Shown here: piece by piece, positions 1 to 13,369 of the stretch
Layout: the number at the start of each line of letters is the position of its first letter
How positions within the stretch are numbered: position 1 is the first letter of the stretch
DNA from: Sphyrna mokarran
Taxonomy: Eukaryota
Assembly: GCA_024679065.1 (NCBI GenBank)
Contig: JAGIQG010000004.1
Span: 62,930,001-62,994,000, forward strand
Direction of reading: 5' to 3'
Length of the DNA stretch: 64,000 bases
The notes under the pieces: generated by a model
Databases searched by the model: none
Seen by the model: the letters and a program-made list of their open reading frames with translations, nothing else
What the model was told of the DNA's origin: nothing
Program-made: the position numbers and the translations under genes

Positions 1-857
1 GAAACATAATATTAGTGAGGTACAAATATACAATCTTTGAATTACGAGTTTTAGGAGCTTTTCCATCCTAAGCCTCATTTAGGATTAGGTTTGACTTTCT
101 ATTCGAACTCACATCATTTAGTGGAGAATTCAAATGCCAATATTGAAAACGTTTCAATGTCATTTCCTGTCACATTAAGTCTGTATAAAATCGCTCTTAG
201 CAATTAGGTCAACATCGGTGATTGAGCACATTCCTTTTCCAGTTTCTTTTGCGCAATCAATTTTCTCTACATCGATTGTTTTATTCGTCGCAATCTGCAG
301 TAATCATGTCTCCATGTTTTTTAACTTCTTTGATCCAAACTTTTTAATGTGGATTTGCTCCAAACTCTGCACCTACTTTTGATGCAACTGTGTTCAATAA
401 ATCCCCTGGCTTCGATTTATACCTGCACAAGGTTTCATCACTTAGTCCGTGAAGGCGAATTATTCCCTCTTTAGCCTCACTCTCATCGCCTACCACCTCT
501 TTCACTATCCCTGCCACCTCTGACCCCCGCCCCGCCACCCAGCACTCCTCCCCACAACCCATTCGCGTTCCAGCCTTTCCTTTTATCTGGATTACCGTTG
601 TTTGACCAAGACAATATATTCATCGATAAAATCTGATACAACTCTTATAGTTCAGGCAAATATCATTCAATCCATAAAGCTGCACCAAATCTTCAAAAGC
701 GTATCCCACCTCGGCGCTCCTTTCTATTCTACCCGCATAACGGTGCATTTATCATAACTAACCCAACTAGCTTGCACATCCAAGAAGACACTGTGGACAG
801 CTGGTAATCCAGTGTAAGTGTCACTATGCTAGTAATGTAAAGAACACCAGGCTAATT

Positions 858-2260
858 TGCAAGTTTGCAGACGATACTTGCTAATCAGCAAGTATGCAGA
901 CGATACAAAGATTCCTGGACTTGCGGATAGAGAGGAGCATTGTCAGACGATGCAGCAGGACATAGATAGGCTGGTAGCTTGGGCAGATAGATGGCAGATG
1001 GAATTCAATCCTGATAAATGTGAGGTGATGCATTTCGGGAGATAGAATGTAGGGGGGAGGTATATGATAAAGGATAGACCTGTTAAGAGCATAGAAACGT
1101 GGAGGGACCTGGGGGTGCAGGTGAACAAGTCTCTGAAGATGGCAGAGCAAGTGGAGAAGGTTGTGAAGAAAGCATGTAGTATGCTAGCCGTTATAGGAAG
1201 GGGTATAGAGTACAAGAGCAGGCCTTTAATGTTGCAGTTGTATAAAATGCTGGTTAGACCTCATTTGGAATACTGCGCCCAGTTCTGGTCGCCATACTAC
1301 TGGAAGGACGTGGAGACTCTGGAGAGAGTGCAGAGGAGGTTTACCAGGATGCTGCCTGATATGGAAGGTCTGAGTTACGAGGAGAGGTTAGGCAAATTGG
1401 GACTGTTTTCCTTAGAAAGACGTCGACTTAGAGGAGATGTAATAGAGGTGTACAAGATAATGCGGGGTATAGATAGAGTAAATAGGGTTAAGCTTTTTCC
1501 TAGGATGGACCCAAATAGCATGAGGGGTCACGGGCTTAGGGTGAGGGGGGTAAGGTATAATTTGGATGCTCGAGGGAGTTTTTTCACACAGAGGGTGGTG
1601 GGGATGTGGAATGTGCTGCCAAGTAAAGTGGTGGAGGTAGGTACTCTGGAGTTATTTAAGAAATACTTAGATGGGCACATGAACAGAATAGGAATGGAGG
1701 GGTATAGAAAACTGATTTAAAATAGGGATCATGAGCATTGAGAGTCCCTGGGAAGTGTGTCAATAGATGATGATATTGATGTACTTGTTTTTATCCTACA
1801 GGTGCTTTGGTCCACCTTGTTGTCTAACAAGGGGCATACATGTGATGCCTCGTGAGAGGCCTGCTCTCGGATTTTTTTTCGAGAGTATCCTAGTGCTTCA
1901 CGTCATTAGTGTATGCTTGACCTGGACCATTTGATGGGCAGCACGACATCTCAGTGACTATCGCTGTGCTGTGCAGATACATGGATTTAGACCTGTGTCT
2001 GTGTGAGTTTGCGCATTCTCCCCGTGCTTGTGTGGGTTTTCTCCGGGTGCTCCAGTTTCCTGCCACATCCCGGGGATGTGCTGTTAGGCTAATTGGCAAA
2101 ACAAATTCTCCCTAAATTGTCTCAAATTTGGATTTTAATCCATAGATCTATAAACATAGACAGGGATCGCGGATAGAGATAGTAACATCCGGGTGGCGGC
2201 ACAGGCTCGTTAGGCCGAAGGGCCTGTTTCCCATGCTGTTTTGTTCTTTGTTCTTTATTC
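858..2260 (+). mobile_element. 5'-truncated CR1 LINE, family B (long 3'UTR with V-SINE core, (TTCTTTG)n tail)
   Basis: RT motif KYADD and CR1 C-terminus (RPHLEYC, LERRRLRGD) to the stop at 1720, then a ~540-nt 3'UTR and tail. Confidence 0.9.
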
Positions 2261-2274
2261 TAATTTTCTTGGGA

Positions 2275-2615
2275 TCATGGATTCAAATCGTATCTTCCTC
2301 CTACCCCACCTACCACTACCATCACTGCCACCGCCACAACCTTCACAGCCCCTGAAACTCAAGTGCAATAAATAAATCTAGAATATTAGGATAGTGACCA
2401 TGAAATCATCATTTATTTTTGTTAAGCTGGCTAACGAGTACTTTTAGGGTTAGAAATCTTCCATCTTTAGCTGGCCTGACCTCAATGTCTGTCCAGATCT
2501 ACAGCAATGTGGTTGAACATTGACTGACCACTGAAAATTCCGGAGCAAATGATTCACTTTAAGTGTAATTTAGGAATGGCAACAAATATCAGATAGCTAT
2601 GTTGTGTGAAAAAAT
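2275..2615 (+). mobile_element. Old SINE remnant (Deu-SINE/SacSINE1-like)
   Basis: gtgaccatgaaa...agcaatgtggttga...aatttaggaatggcaacaaat. Related segments recur in reverse near 9130-9260, 18380-18590, 29190-29430 and 41290-41620. Confidence 0.45.
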
Positions 2616-2759
2616 AAAGAAAAATATGTTTATTCAATTATGATAATTTCAAGTTCTTGGAATTATCAACAGCATTGCAAACTCTACGGAGCATGGATTT
2701 CTCCAATTTGATTGTTTTTATTGAATAAAATAAAACCTCATAGTTTAGAAATGACATTT

Positions 2760-5080
2760 TAGCATGCTTTGCAAGTAGGCTAACTAGCAGGAGTCTGAGA
2801 GTTGTCTTGTATGTATCTTTTAGCCTGCGTGTGGGATCACTCACTACATCCTGATTTACAGGGATCAGTGCTGGAACCTCAAACTTTATAATTTATTAAA
2901 ATAATGTGGATGAAATTTCTGAAGACACGGTTGCTAATTTTATTGACAATACAGAGACAGAACATAGAACATAGAACATATAGAAAGGAAATTAAATTGT
3001 GAAGAAGATCTGAGGGTACAAAATGACATTGACAACTTAAATACAGAGACAAAATTTGGCAAGTGGATAATAGTGCGGGTAATCTTGAAATTGGCCGTTT
3101 TCAGAGGAAGAATAAAAAACTATATTATCCAAATCATGAGAGATTGCTGAGCCCTGAGGTGCAGAGGGACCTGGACATCCTAGCACATAAAATAGAACAT
3201 TACAGCACAGAACAGGCCCTTCGGCCTTCAATGTTGTGCCGACCAATATAAAAAGCAATGCCCCTCCAAGCTAAACCATTCCCTTCTCTTCCATATACTT
3301 ATCAACTAACCTCTTAAATGCCACCAAACTTGGCGCATCTACAACCGCTGCAGGCAGGGCATTCCACTCCCGAACCAGCCTTTGGGTAAAGAACCGGCCT
3401 CTGATATCCGTCCTATAACTATCACCCCTTAATTTAAAGCTGTGTCCCCTCGTGCTAGCTTTCTCCATCCTAGGAAAAAGGCTATCACTGTCCACCCTAT
3501 CTAAACCTCTAAATCATCTTATATGTTTCGATTAGGTCCCCTCTTAGCCGCCTCCTTTCTAACGAAAACAACCTCAAATCCCTCAGCCTCTCTTCATAAG
3601 ACCTGCCCTCCATAACAGGCAACATTCTGGTAAACCTCCTCTGTACCCTCTCCAATGCCTCCACATCTTTCTTATAATGTGGGGACCAGAAATGCACACA
3701 ATACTCCAAGTGCGGCCGCACTAGAGTTTTGTACAGTTGCAACATGACGTTGCGGCTCCGAAATTCAATCCCTCTACCAATAAAAGCCAAGGCTCCATAT
3801 GCCTTCCTAACAACCTTCTCGACCTGACTGCCTACTTGCAGGGATCTATGCACATACACACCAAGATCCCTCTGTTCATCTAGACTACTAAGAATCCTAC
3901 CATTTGCCCTATACTCTACACATTTATTATTTCTGCCATAGTGCATTACCTCACACGTTTCCACATTAAACTCCATTTGCCACCTCTCGGCCCAGCTCTG
4001 CAACTTGTCCAAGTCCCTCTGCAAACTATAACACCCCTCTTCAATATCTACCACTCCACCGACTTTAGTGTCATCTGCAAATTTACTAATCCATCCTTCA
4101 ATACCCTCATCCAGATCATTTATAAAAATTACAAACAGCAGGGGCCCCAAAACAGATCCCTGAGGTACACCACTTGTCACGAAACTCCACGATGAATATC
4201 TCCCATCAACCACCACCCTCTGTCTTCTATCTGCTAGCCAATTCCTAATCCAATTGGCTAAATCACCCTCTATCCCATACATCGGCATTTTCTGCAGAAG
4301 TCTTCCATGGGCCACCTTATCAAACGCCTTACTAAAGTCCATATATACCACATCAACCGCATTACCCCCATCCACCTCTTTGGTCACTTTTTCAAAAAAC
4401 TCAATGAGGTTAGTAAGGCACGACCTACCCTTCAGAAAACCATGCTGACTATCCCCAATCAATTCATTTCTCTCTAAATAACTATAAATCCTATCCATAA
4501 TAATTCTCTCCAATACCTTGCCCACAACAGAAGTAAGACTCACTGGCCTATAATTCCCTGGAAGGTCTCTCTTCCCCTTCTTAAACAATGGGACCACATT
4601 CGCTATCCTCCAGTCCTCCGGAACCACACCCGGAACCAACGAGGACCTGAAGATCAGAGCCAGAGGCTCTGCAATCTCCTCTCTTGCCTCCAGAGAATCC
4701 TAGGGTAAATCCCGTCCGGCCCAGGGGACTTATCCAACTTCAAACCCTCGAGAATATCTAGCACATCCTCCCTATCTACTTCGATACCTTCCAGTTTGCT
4801 ACCCTGTACCTCAGTGCTCTCTATAACTACATTTACATCACCCTGCATGAATACCGAAGAGAAATATTTATTCAGTACCTCTCCAATCTCCTCAGGCTCC
4901 ACGCACAACTTCCCACTGCTCTCTATGACTAGCCCCATGATTGACAAAAGGCTAATGTACAGGTAGACCAAGCATTCTTTTATTCAATTACGGCACATGG
5001 GTGTTGCTGGCTTGGCCAGCTTTGAATGCTGATCCTAATTGTCCTTCAAAAGATGGCGGTGAGGTGTCTTCATGCATCTG
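2760..5080 (+). repeat. Local duplication copy 1 (interrupted by the CR1 at 3186-4935)
   Basis: 2760-3185 plus 4936-5080 is colinear with, and highly similar to, 7405-7948. Confidence 0.85.
3186..4935 (-). mobile_element. 5'-truncated CR1 LINE, family A (HER1-like)
   Basis: RT ORF 3509-4639 ([21 protein letters not shown]), C-terminal ORF 3271-3495 and tail. Confidence 0.95.
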
Positions 5081-5187
5081 TTTCATCTCTGAGGTATGTA
5101 GGAACGCTCATAGTGTTGTTAGAGAGGTATTTCACGATTTTAATCCAGCGATAGCAAAGGAACGGCAATACATTATCAAATCGGAAT

Positions 5188-6239
5188 CATAGAACATAGA
5201 ACATTACAGCACAGAACAGGCCCTTCGGCCTTCGATGTTGCGCCGACCAATATAAAAAGCAATGACCCTCCAAACTAAACCATTCCCTTCTCTTCCATAT
5301 ACTTATCAACTAACCTCTTAAACGCCACCAAACTTGGCGCATCTACACTGCTGCAGGCAGGGCATTCCACTCCCGAACCACCCTTTGGGTAAAGAACCTA
5401 CCTCTGATATCCGTCCTATAACTATCACCCCTTAATTTAAAGCTGTGTCTCCTCGTGCTAGCTTTCTCCATCCTAGGAAAAAGGCTTTCACTGTCCACCC
5501 TATCTAAACCTCTAATCATCTTATATGTTTCGATAAGGTCCCCTCTTAGCCGCCTCCTTTCTAACAAAAACACCCTCAAATCCCTCAGCCTCTCTTCATA
5601 AGACCTGCCCTCCATACCAGGCAACATCCTGGTAAACCTCCTCTGTACCCTCTCCAATGCCTCCACATGTTTCTTATAATGTGGGGACCAGAACTGCACA
5701 CAATACTCCAAGTGCGGCCGCACTAGAGTTTTGTACAGTTGCAATATGATGCTGCGGCTCCTAAATTCAATCCCCCTACCAATAAAAGCTAAGACTCCAT
5801 ATGCCTTCTTAACAACTTTATCCACTTGACTGCCTACTTTCAGGATCTATTGACACATACACCAAGATCCTTCTGTTCCTCAACACTATTAAGAGCCCTA
5901 CCATTAGCACTATACTCTACACATTTATTGTTCCTGCCAAAGTGCATTACCTCACACTTTTCCACATTAAACTCCATTTGCCACCTCTCGGACCAGCTCT
6001 GCACTTGTCCAAGTCACTCTGTAAACTATAACACCCCTCTTCACTATCTACCACTCCACCGACTTTAGTGTCATCTGCAAATTTACTAATCCATCCTTAA
6101 TACCCTCATCCAGATCATTTATAAAAATTACAAACAGCAGGGGCCCCAAAACAGACCCCTGAGGTACACCACTTGTCACCGAACTCCACGATGAATATCT
6201 CCCATCAACCACCACCCTCTGTCTTCTATCTGCTAGCCA
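5188..6239 (-). mobile_element. 5'-truncated CR1 LINE, family A
   Basis: ORF 5343-5825 is near-identical to the C-terminus of 56368-59136; (AGAACAT)n tail at 5188. Confidence 0.95.
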
Positions 6240-7400
6240 GATAAACTTGGAGGGGAATTTTCAGATGGTGGTGTCCCAGGTATCTGCTGCTCTTGCCCTT
6301 CACGATGGTATTGGTCTTGGGTTTGCATGACGTGGCCTAAGAAAACCTGATGAGTTCCTGCAGTGTATCTTATAGATGGAACAAATGCTGGCACTGTTCA
6401 TCGATGCTAGAATCTTTGTGGAAGGTGCATCAATCAAGCAGGCTGCTTTTTTTCTGGATGGCAGTAGAACTTCTTGAATGTTGTTAGAGTTACAATCATC
6501 CAAGCAAGTAGGGAATATTCCATTACGTTTTTGGTTTACTTGCAGATGGTGAAACGGTTTTGGGGGGATTAAATATTGAGTTACTAGCTGCAGGATTCCT
6601 ACCAGTTGACTTGTTCTGTCAATCATAATATTTATAAGTCTATTTCAGTTCAGATTCTGGTCAATTGTCATCAGCATATTGTTAACCCAGAATTCAGCGA
6701 TTGTAATGCCATTAAATGTCAAGGAAGAATGGTTAAATCCTCACGTGTTGGAGATGGACATTTCCTCACACCTATGTGATACAAATGTTACTTGCTAGTT
6801 GTCAGTCCATGCCTGGATATTGTCCATTCGGACATGAACTGTTTCAGTATCTGAGGAATCATGAATGGTGCTAAATATTGTGCAGTCATTTCTCAGCAAT
6901 TCTATCCTAATGCGGAAAGATGATTATTGATGAAACAGCTGAAGATGATTCAGACTCACACACTGCGCTCATAAACTGCTGTGATGATATCATACAACTC
7001 AGATAATTGAACCCCAATAACCATCTTCCCTGCTGCTAGATATTAATGCAATCAGTGGATAGTGTTTTCCCATGAATCCCATTTACTCCTATTTTGCTAG
7101 GACTCTTTGATTTCATACTCGGTCAAATGCTGCCTTGATGTTAAGGACAGTCACACTCCCCTCACATTCAACTCTTTTTTGTATGTTTCATCTAAGACCT
7201 TAATAAAGTCACAAATTGAGTGACCCTTAGAAATCCAAACTGAGTGTCCATGAGCAGGTCATTGTTGCGTAAGTGCTGCTTAATAGCACCTTGATTGACT
7301 ATTTCTATTATTTTGCTAATAATTGAAAGTAAACTGTTGAGATGGTATTTTGTTGTATTGTATATGTTCTGTTTCTTACAGGCAAGACACACTTTGGCAA
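6240..7400 (-). mobile_element. Old degenerate non-LTR retrotransposon, RT region (CR1/L2 group, distinct family)
   Basis: The minus strand reads VTVLNIKAAFDRV near 7120-7160 and QFGF near 7240, with many stops. Confidence 0.7.
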
Positions 7401-7404
7401 TTTT

Positions 7405-7948
7405 GAACATGCTTTGCAGGTAGGCTAAATAGCAGGAGTCTGAGAGTTGTCTTGTATGTTTCTTTTAGCTAGCGAGTGGGGTAACTCGCTGTATCCTGAT
7501 TTACAGGGATCAGTGCTGGAACCTCAAACTTTATAATTTATTAAAATAACGTGAATGAAATTTCTGAAGACATGATTGTTAATTTTATTGACAACACAAA
7601 GATGGAAAGGAAAATAAATCATAAAGAAGATCTGAAGGAACAAAATGACATCAATAACTTAAATGCAGAGACAAACTTTGGCAAGGGGATAATAGTGCTG
7701 GTAATCTTGAAATTGTCCATTTTCAGAGGAAGAAAAAATTGTATTATCCAAATCTTGAGAGATTGCTGAGCCCCCGAGGTGCAGAGGGACCTGGACATCC
7801 TAGCGCATGATTGACAAAAGGCTAATGTACATATAGAGCAAGCATTCTTTTATTCAATTACGGCACATGGGTGTTGTTGGCTTGGCCAGCATTGAATGCT
7901 GATCCTAATTGTCCTGCAAAAGATGGCTGTGAAATGTCTTCATGCATC
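7405..7948 (+). repeat. Local duplication copy 2 (empty-site version)
   Basis: Matches 2760-3185 joined directly to 4936-5080. Confidence 0.85.
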
Positions 7949-8238
7949 GCTGTGCTGGATACATGGATTTGGGCTCATGTCTGTGAGGGTTTGCGCATTC
8001 TCCCTGTGCTTGCGTGCGTTTCCTCCAGGTGCTCCAATTTCCTCCCACATCCCAACGACGTGCTCTTAGGCCAATTGGCAGAACAAATTCTCCCTAAGTT
8101 GTCTCAAATTTGGTTTCAATCCATAGATCTATAAACACAGATAGGGATCACGGGTAGAAGTGGGAACATCTAGGTGGCCGCGCGGGCTCTTTGGACCAAA
8201 AGGCCTGTTCCCTGTGCTGTTTTATTCTTTGTTCTTTG
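7949..8238 (+). mobile_element. 3'-end-only copy of CR1 family B
   Basis: Matches 1960-2260, including the V-SINE-like core and tail. Confidence 0.85.
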
Positions 8239-8239
8239 A

Positions 8240-9120
8240 ATTACTTAATTTGCTATCATTTACTGGATATGCTTTCTGGCGTGCGAATTGTCCGTACTGC
8301 ATTTTTACCTCTGGGCGTTAACGTATAATTTTTATGTATGCCAAATATTGCTCTTGCATTGCCCTCCTACATTCTTCATTGAACCAGGATTTATCCACTT
8401 GCTGGGTGATAATGGAAAATTAGGGATATGGCAGATTGTGAGGTTACAGATTGTGGTTGAGCACAGTTATGCTTTTGCTGATGGCCCACAGTGCTCTATG
8501 GATGTCCAATTTTGAGTTGTTAGATCTAGTCAAAATCTATCCCACTTAACATGATGGTAACATCACATGTTGGAAGATATGCTCAAACTGAAGATGGGAC
8601 TTCATCTCCAAGAGGACTCCATAATGGTCACTCCGGCTGAAAATGTCATTGATACATGTATCTGCGGCAAACAGGTTGGTGAAAATGAGGCCAAGTATAT
8701 TTTTCCCTCGTGTTAGCTCCCTCAACACCTGCTGCACTCCCAGTCGGACAGCTATGTCCTTTATGACAGACCAGCTCAGTCTATGGTGGTATCATTGAGT
8801 TACACTTGGTGGTTGTCAATGAAGTCGCCTATCGAGAGTAGATGCTGTGCCCTTGCCCCACTCCCTTGCTTTCTCCAACTGGTGTTCAACTTGGAGGAGT
8901 ACTGATTCATCATTTGTTGCAGAATGATGTATGGTAATCATCAAGTGGTTTCCTTACTCATGCTTGATCTGGAGCCAAGAGACTTCTGGGAGTCCAGAGT
9001 CTATGTTAATGATTCCCAGTGCAACTCAATCACAAATATATATTGCTGTGCCGCCACCTCTGCTGAGTCTGTTATGCCAATGAGACACAAAATACTCAGG
9101 AATTGTGTTGGTGTTTTCTT
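8240..9120 (-). mobile_element. Old non-LTR element, endonuclease region
   Basis: Minus-strand TRGKNILGLIFTN...SRSDH, the APE C-terminal motifs. Confidence 0.65.
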
Positions 9121-9265
9121 TATAGTAATTGTAATGGCTTGCTAAGTCATTTCAGAGGCATTTAAATGTTAAGCCCATTGTGGTGTGTCTGGACTCATAC
9201 ATATGGACCAGACTAGGATGGCAGGTTTCATTTCCTAATGGATAATAGTAAATCCAATAGTAAAT

Positions 9266-12200
9266 TGGTCCAGAGAGGAAACCCGATACTCTACACAGGT
9301 AGAGTATCCCACCCTCCCCCTCCTCTAACCTAATAATATAAGTGTGTGGGAAGTTTTTTTTTCTCTCTCCTTAAAGTAAATTAAAGTATCAGGGATGGCA
9401 GTGCAGGCAGTCCGTTGCAACTTCTGTAGTATGTATGAGGTGAGGGATGCCAGTAGTGTTCATGCTGATTATACCTGCGGGAAGTGTGCCCATTTGCAGC
9501 TCCTTGAGGATCGTGTTAAGGAGCTGGAGCTGGAATTAGAGGAACTCAGGATAATCCGAGAGGTTGAGGAGGATATTGGCAGGACTGACAAAGAGATAGT
9601 CACTCCTAAAAATGATTCGTGGGTAACTGTTAGGAGGAGGGGTAAGAAGCAATCGGGTAGACAATCCCCTGGGGCTGTTCCCCTCTGAAACAAATTTTCT
9701 GCTTGGATGCTACAGTTGAGGAAGAATCAACTGGAGAGGACCAAAGGGAGCAGGTCTCTGGGGGTGAGCCTGCTGAGAATGCTCAGGTGGGTAGGGAAAA
9801 CAAGAGATTGGGCCTAGTAATTGGAGACTCCATAGTTAGAGGGACAGATAGGAGAGTAAGTAGTAATAAAAGTGACTCAGGGCTGGTGTGTTGCCTCCCA
9901 GGTGCTGGAGTCCAGGATGTCACAGATAGGGTTTTTAGGATTCTTAAGGGAGAGGGGAGTCAACCCCAAGTCATAGTTCATGAAGAGACACATGATATAG
10001 GTAGGAAAAGGGAAGGGGATATTAAACAGAAATTTATGGAGTTGGGGTGGAAGCTTAGGGCCAAAACTCGCAGAGTGGTTATCTCTGGACTCTTGCCTGT
10101 GCCAAGGGATAGTTTGGAGAAGAATAGAGAGAGGGAATGTTTGAACTCGTGGCTGCGGGGATGGTGCAGGAGGGAGGAGTTCAGGTTCCTGAACAATTGG
10201 GACTCATTCTGGGATAGGTGGGACCTCTACAAGAGAGATGGTCTACACCTGAACCAGAGGGGAACTAATATCTTGGGGGGAAAATTTGCAAAGGCTATGC
10301 AGGGGGCTTTAAACTGATTCGGGGGGGGTGGGATCCTGAATAGTTGGGGTGCTAAGAGGGATGAGAGTAAGGGGGTCATAGAAGAAAGCCGTAAAACACA
10401 GCAGCATACGGGTGGGGTAGGGCATGGTTGAAATGCGTATACTTTAATGCAAGGAGTATTCGCAATAAGGGGGAGGAACTTGCAGCTTGGACCAGTACCT
10501 GGAACTTTGATGTTGTGGCCATTTCAGAGACTTGGGTAGAGCAGGACAAGAATGGATGTTGCAGGTTCCAGGGTTCAAATGCTTTAGTCGGAGTAGAGAA
10601 GGAGGTAGAAGGGGGGGAGGAGTGGCATTATTGGTCAAAGACTGTATCACAGTGACAGAGAAGAAGTTTGATGAGGACTTTTCTTTGAGGTAGTATGGGC
10701 TGAGATTAGAAACAGGAAAGGAGAGGTCACCCTGTTGGGAGTCTTTTATAGACCTCCTAAAAGTTCTAGAGAGGTAGAGGAAAGGAGTGCAAAGTCAATT
10801 CTGGTCAGGAGTGAAAGTAATAGGGTAATTGTAATGGGGGACTTTAACTTTACTAATATTGATTGGAATAGCTATAGCTCTAGCTCGTTAGAGGGATCAG
10901 TTTTCGTACAAAGTGTGCAGGAGGGTTTTTTGACTCAGTATGTAGATAGGCCAACTAGAGGTGAGGCTACATTGGATTTGGTGCTGGGCAATGAGCCAGA
11001 CCAGGTGTTAGGCCTGGAGGTTAGTGAACATTTTGGTGATAGTGACCACAATTCGGTTACGTTCACCTTAGTGATGGATAGGGATAGGCATGAAGCTGGG
11101 GGCAGTAGTTATAGCTGGGGGAAGGTAATTATGAGGCCATCAGGAGAGAATTAGGGTGCATAGATTGGACTAGGAAGCTACAGGGACTGGGAACATCTGG
11201 AATGTGGAGCTTATTCAAGGAGCAGCTGCTGTGGGTCCTTGATAAGTATGTCCCTGTCAGGCAAGGAGGAAATGGTCGAGTAAGAGAACCTTGGTGTACG
11301 AAAAAAGTTGATTTGCTGGTTAAAAAGGAAAAGGAGGCTTATGTCAGGATGAGGCTTGAAGGCTCGGTTAGTGCAATGGATAGCTATAGATTAGCCAGGA
11401 GGGAGCTAAAGAGTGAATTGAGGAGAGCTAAGAGAGGACATGAGAAGACTTTGGCTGATAGGATTAAGGAGAATCCTAAAGCTTTCCTTAGATATGTTAA
11501 GAATAGAAGATTGGTTAGGACAAGATTAGGGCCAGTCATAGACAGCAGTGGGAAGTTGTGCGTGGAGCCTGAGGAGATTGGAGAGGTACTGAATAAATAT
11601 TTCTCTTCGGTATTCACGCAGGGTGATGTAATGTAGTTATGGAGAACACTGAGGTACAGGGTAGCAAACTGGAAGGTATCGAAGTAGATAGGGAGGATGT
11701 GCTAGATATTCTCGAGGGTTTGAAGTTGGATAAGTCCCCTGGGCCGGACGGGATTTACCCTAGGATTCTCTGGGAGGCAAGAGAGAGATTGCAGAGCCTC
11801 TGGCTCTGATCTTCAGGCCGTCGTTTGTTACGGGTGTGGTTCCCAGAGGACTGGAGGATAGCAAATGTGGTCCCATTGTTCAAGAAGGGGAAGAGAGACC
11901 TTCCAGGGAATTATAGGCCAGTGAGTCTTACTTCTGTTGTGGGCAAAGTATTGGAGAGAATTATTAGGGATAGGATTTATAGTTATTTAGAGAGAAATGA
12001 ATTGATTGGGGATAGTCAGCATGGTTTTGTGAAGGGTAGGTCGTGCCTTACTAACCTCATTGAGTTTTTTGAAAAAGTGACTAGGGAGGTGGATGGGGGT
12101 AAGGCGGTTGATGTGGTATATATGGACTTTAGTAAGGCGTTCGATAAGGTGTCCCATGGAAGACTTCTGCAAAAAATGCAGATGTATGGGATAGAGGGTG

Positions 12201-13289
12201 ATTTAGCTAATTGGGTTAGGAATTGGCTAGCAGATAGAAGACAGAGGGTGGTGGTTGATGGGAGATATTCATCTTGGAGTTCGGTGACAATTGGTGTACC
12301 TCAGGGGTCTGTTTTGGGGCCCCTGCTGTTTGTAATTTTTATAAATGATCTGGATGAGGGTATTGAAGGATGGATTAGTAAATTTGCAGATGACACTAAA
12401 GTCGTGGAGTGGTAGATAGTGAAGAGGGGTGTTATAGTTTGCAGAGGGACTTGGACAAGTTGCAGAGCTGGGCCGAGAGGTGGCAAATGGAGTTTAATGT
12501 TGAAAAGTGTGAGGTAATGCACTATGGCAGAAATAATAAATGTGTAGAGTATAGGGCAAATGGTAGGATTCTTAGTAGTCTCGATGAACAGAGGGATCTT
12601 GGTGTGTATGTGCATAGATCCCTGAAAGTAGGCAGTCAAGTCGAGAAGGTTGTTAAGAAGGCATATGGAGTCTTAGCTTTTATTGGTAGGGGGATTGAAT
12701 TTCGGAGCCGCAACGTCATGTTGCAACTGTACAAAACTCTAGTGCGGCGCACTTGGAGTATTGTGTGCAGTTCTGGTCCCCACATTATAAGAAAGATGTG
12801 GAGGCATTGGAGAGGTTACAGAGGAGGTTTACCAGGATGTTGCCTGGTATGGAGGGCAGGTCTTATGAAGAGAGGCTGAGGGATTTGAGGTTGTTTTTCG
12901 TTAGAAAGGAGGCGGCTAAGAGGGGACCTAATCGAAACATATAAGATGATTAGAGGTTTAGATAGGTGGACAGTGATAGCCTTTTTCCTAGGATGGAGAA
13001 AGCTAGCACGAGGGGACACAGCTTTAAATTAAGGGGTGATAGTTATAGGATGGATATCAGAGGCAGGTTCTTTACCCAAAGGGTGGTTCTGGAGTGGAAT
13101 GCCCTGCCTGCAGCGGTTGTAGATGCGCCAAGTTTGGTGGCGTTTAAGAGGTTAGTTGATAAGTATACGGAAGAGAAGGGAATGGTTTAGTTTGGAGGGG
13201 CATTGCTTTTTATATTGGTCAGCGCGACATCGAAGGTCGAAGGGCCTGTTCTGTGCTGTAATGTTCTATGTTCTATGTTCTATGTTCTA
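9266..13289 (+). mobile_element. Near full-length CR1 LINE, family A (ORF1 + frameshifted ORF2 + (TTCTATG)n tail)
   Basis: ORF1 9395-10317 and ORF2 fragments 10428-13190 are near-identical to 56368-59136; the element is inserted into an old SINE. Confidence 0.95.
9395..10317 (+). pseudogene. CR1 ORF1: Cys4 zinc finger/leucine zipper plus SGNH/GDSL esterase-like domain, with one in-frame TGA at 9686-9688
   Basis: CNFC...CGKC, LEDRVKELELELEEL, VIGDSIVR and DGLHLN; ORFs 9395-9688 and 9703-10317. Confidence 0.85.
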
Positions 13290-13369
13290 AATCAGATTTT
13301 TTACAGCAATTTAAAATCATTTCATGATTAGCATTAAACTTTTAATTCCAGATTTATGTTTTAATTGAG

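Noticed and set aside
344-562. 72-aa minus-strand ORF in unique sequence at the window start
   Set aside because: No recognisable domain or splice structure.
9703-10317. Host GDSL/SGNH esterase gene or a novel RT-esterase system
   Set aside because: An esterase domain in CR1 ORF1 is an established feature of this clade.
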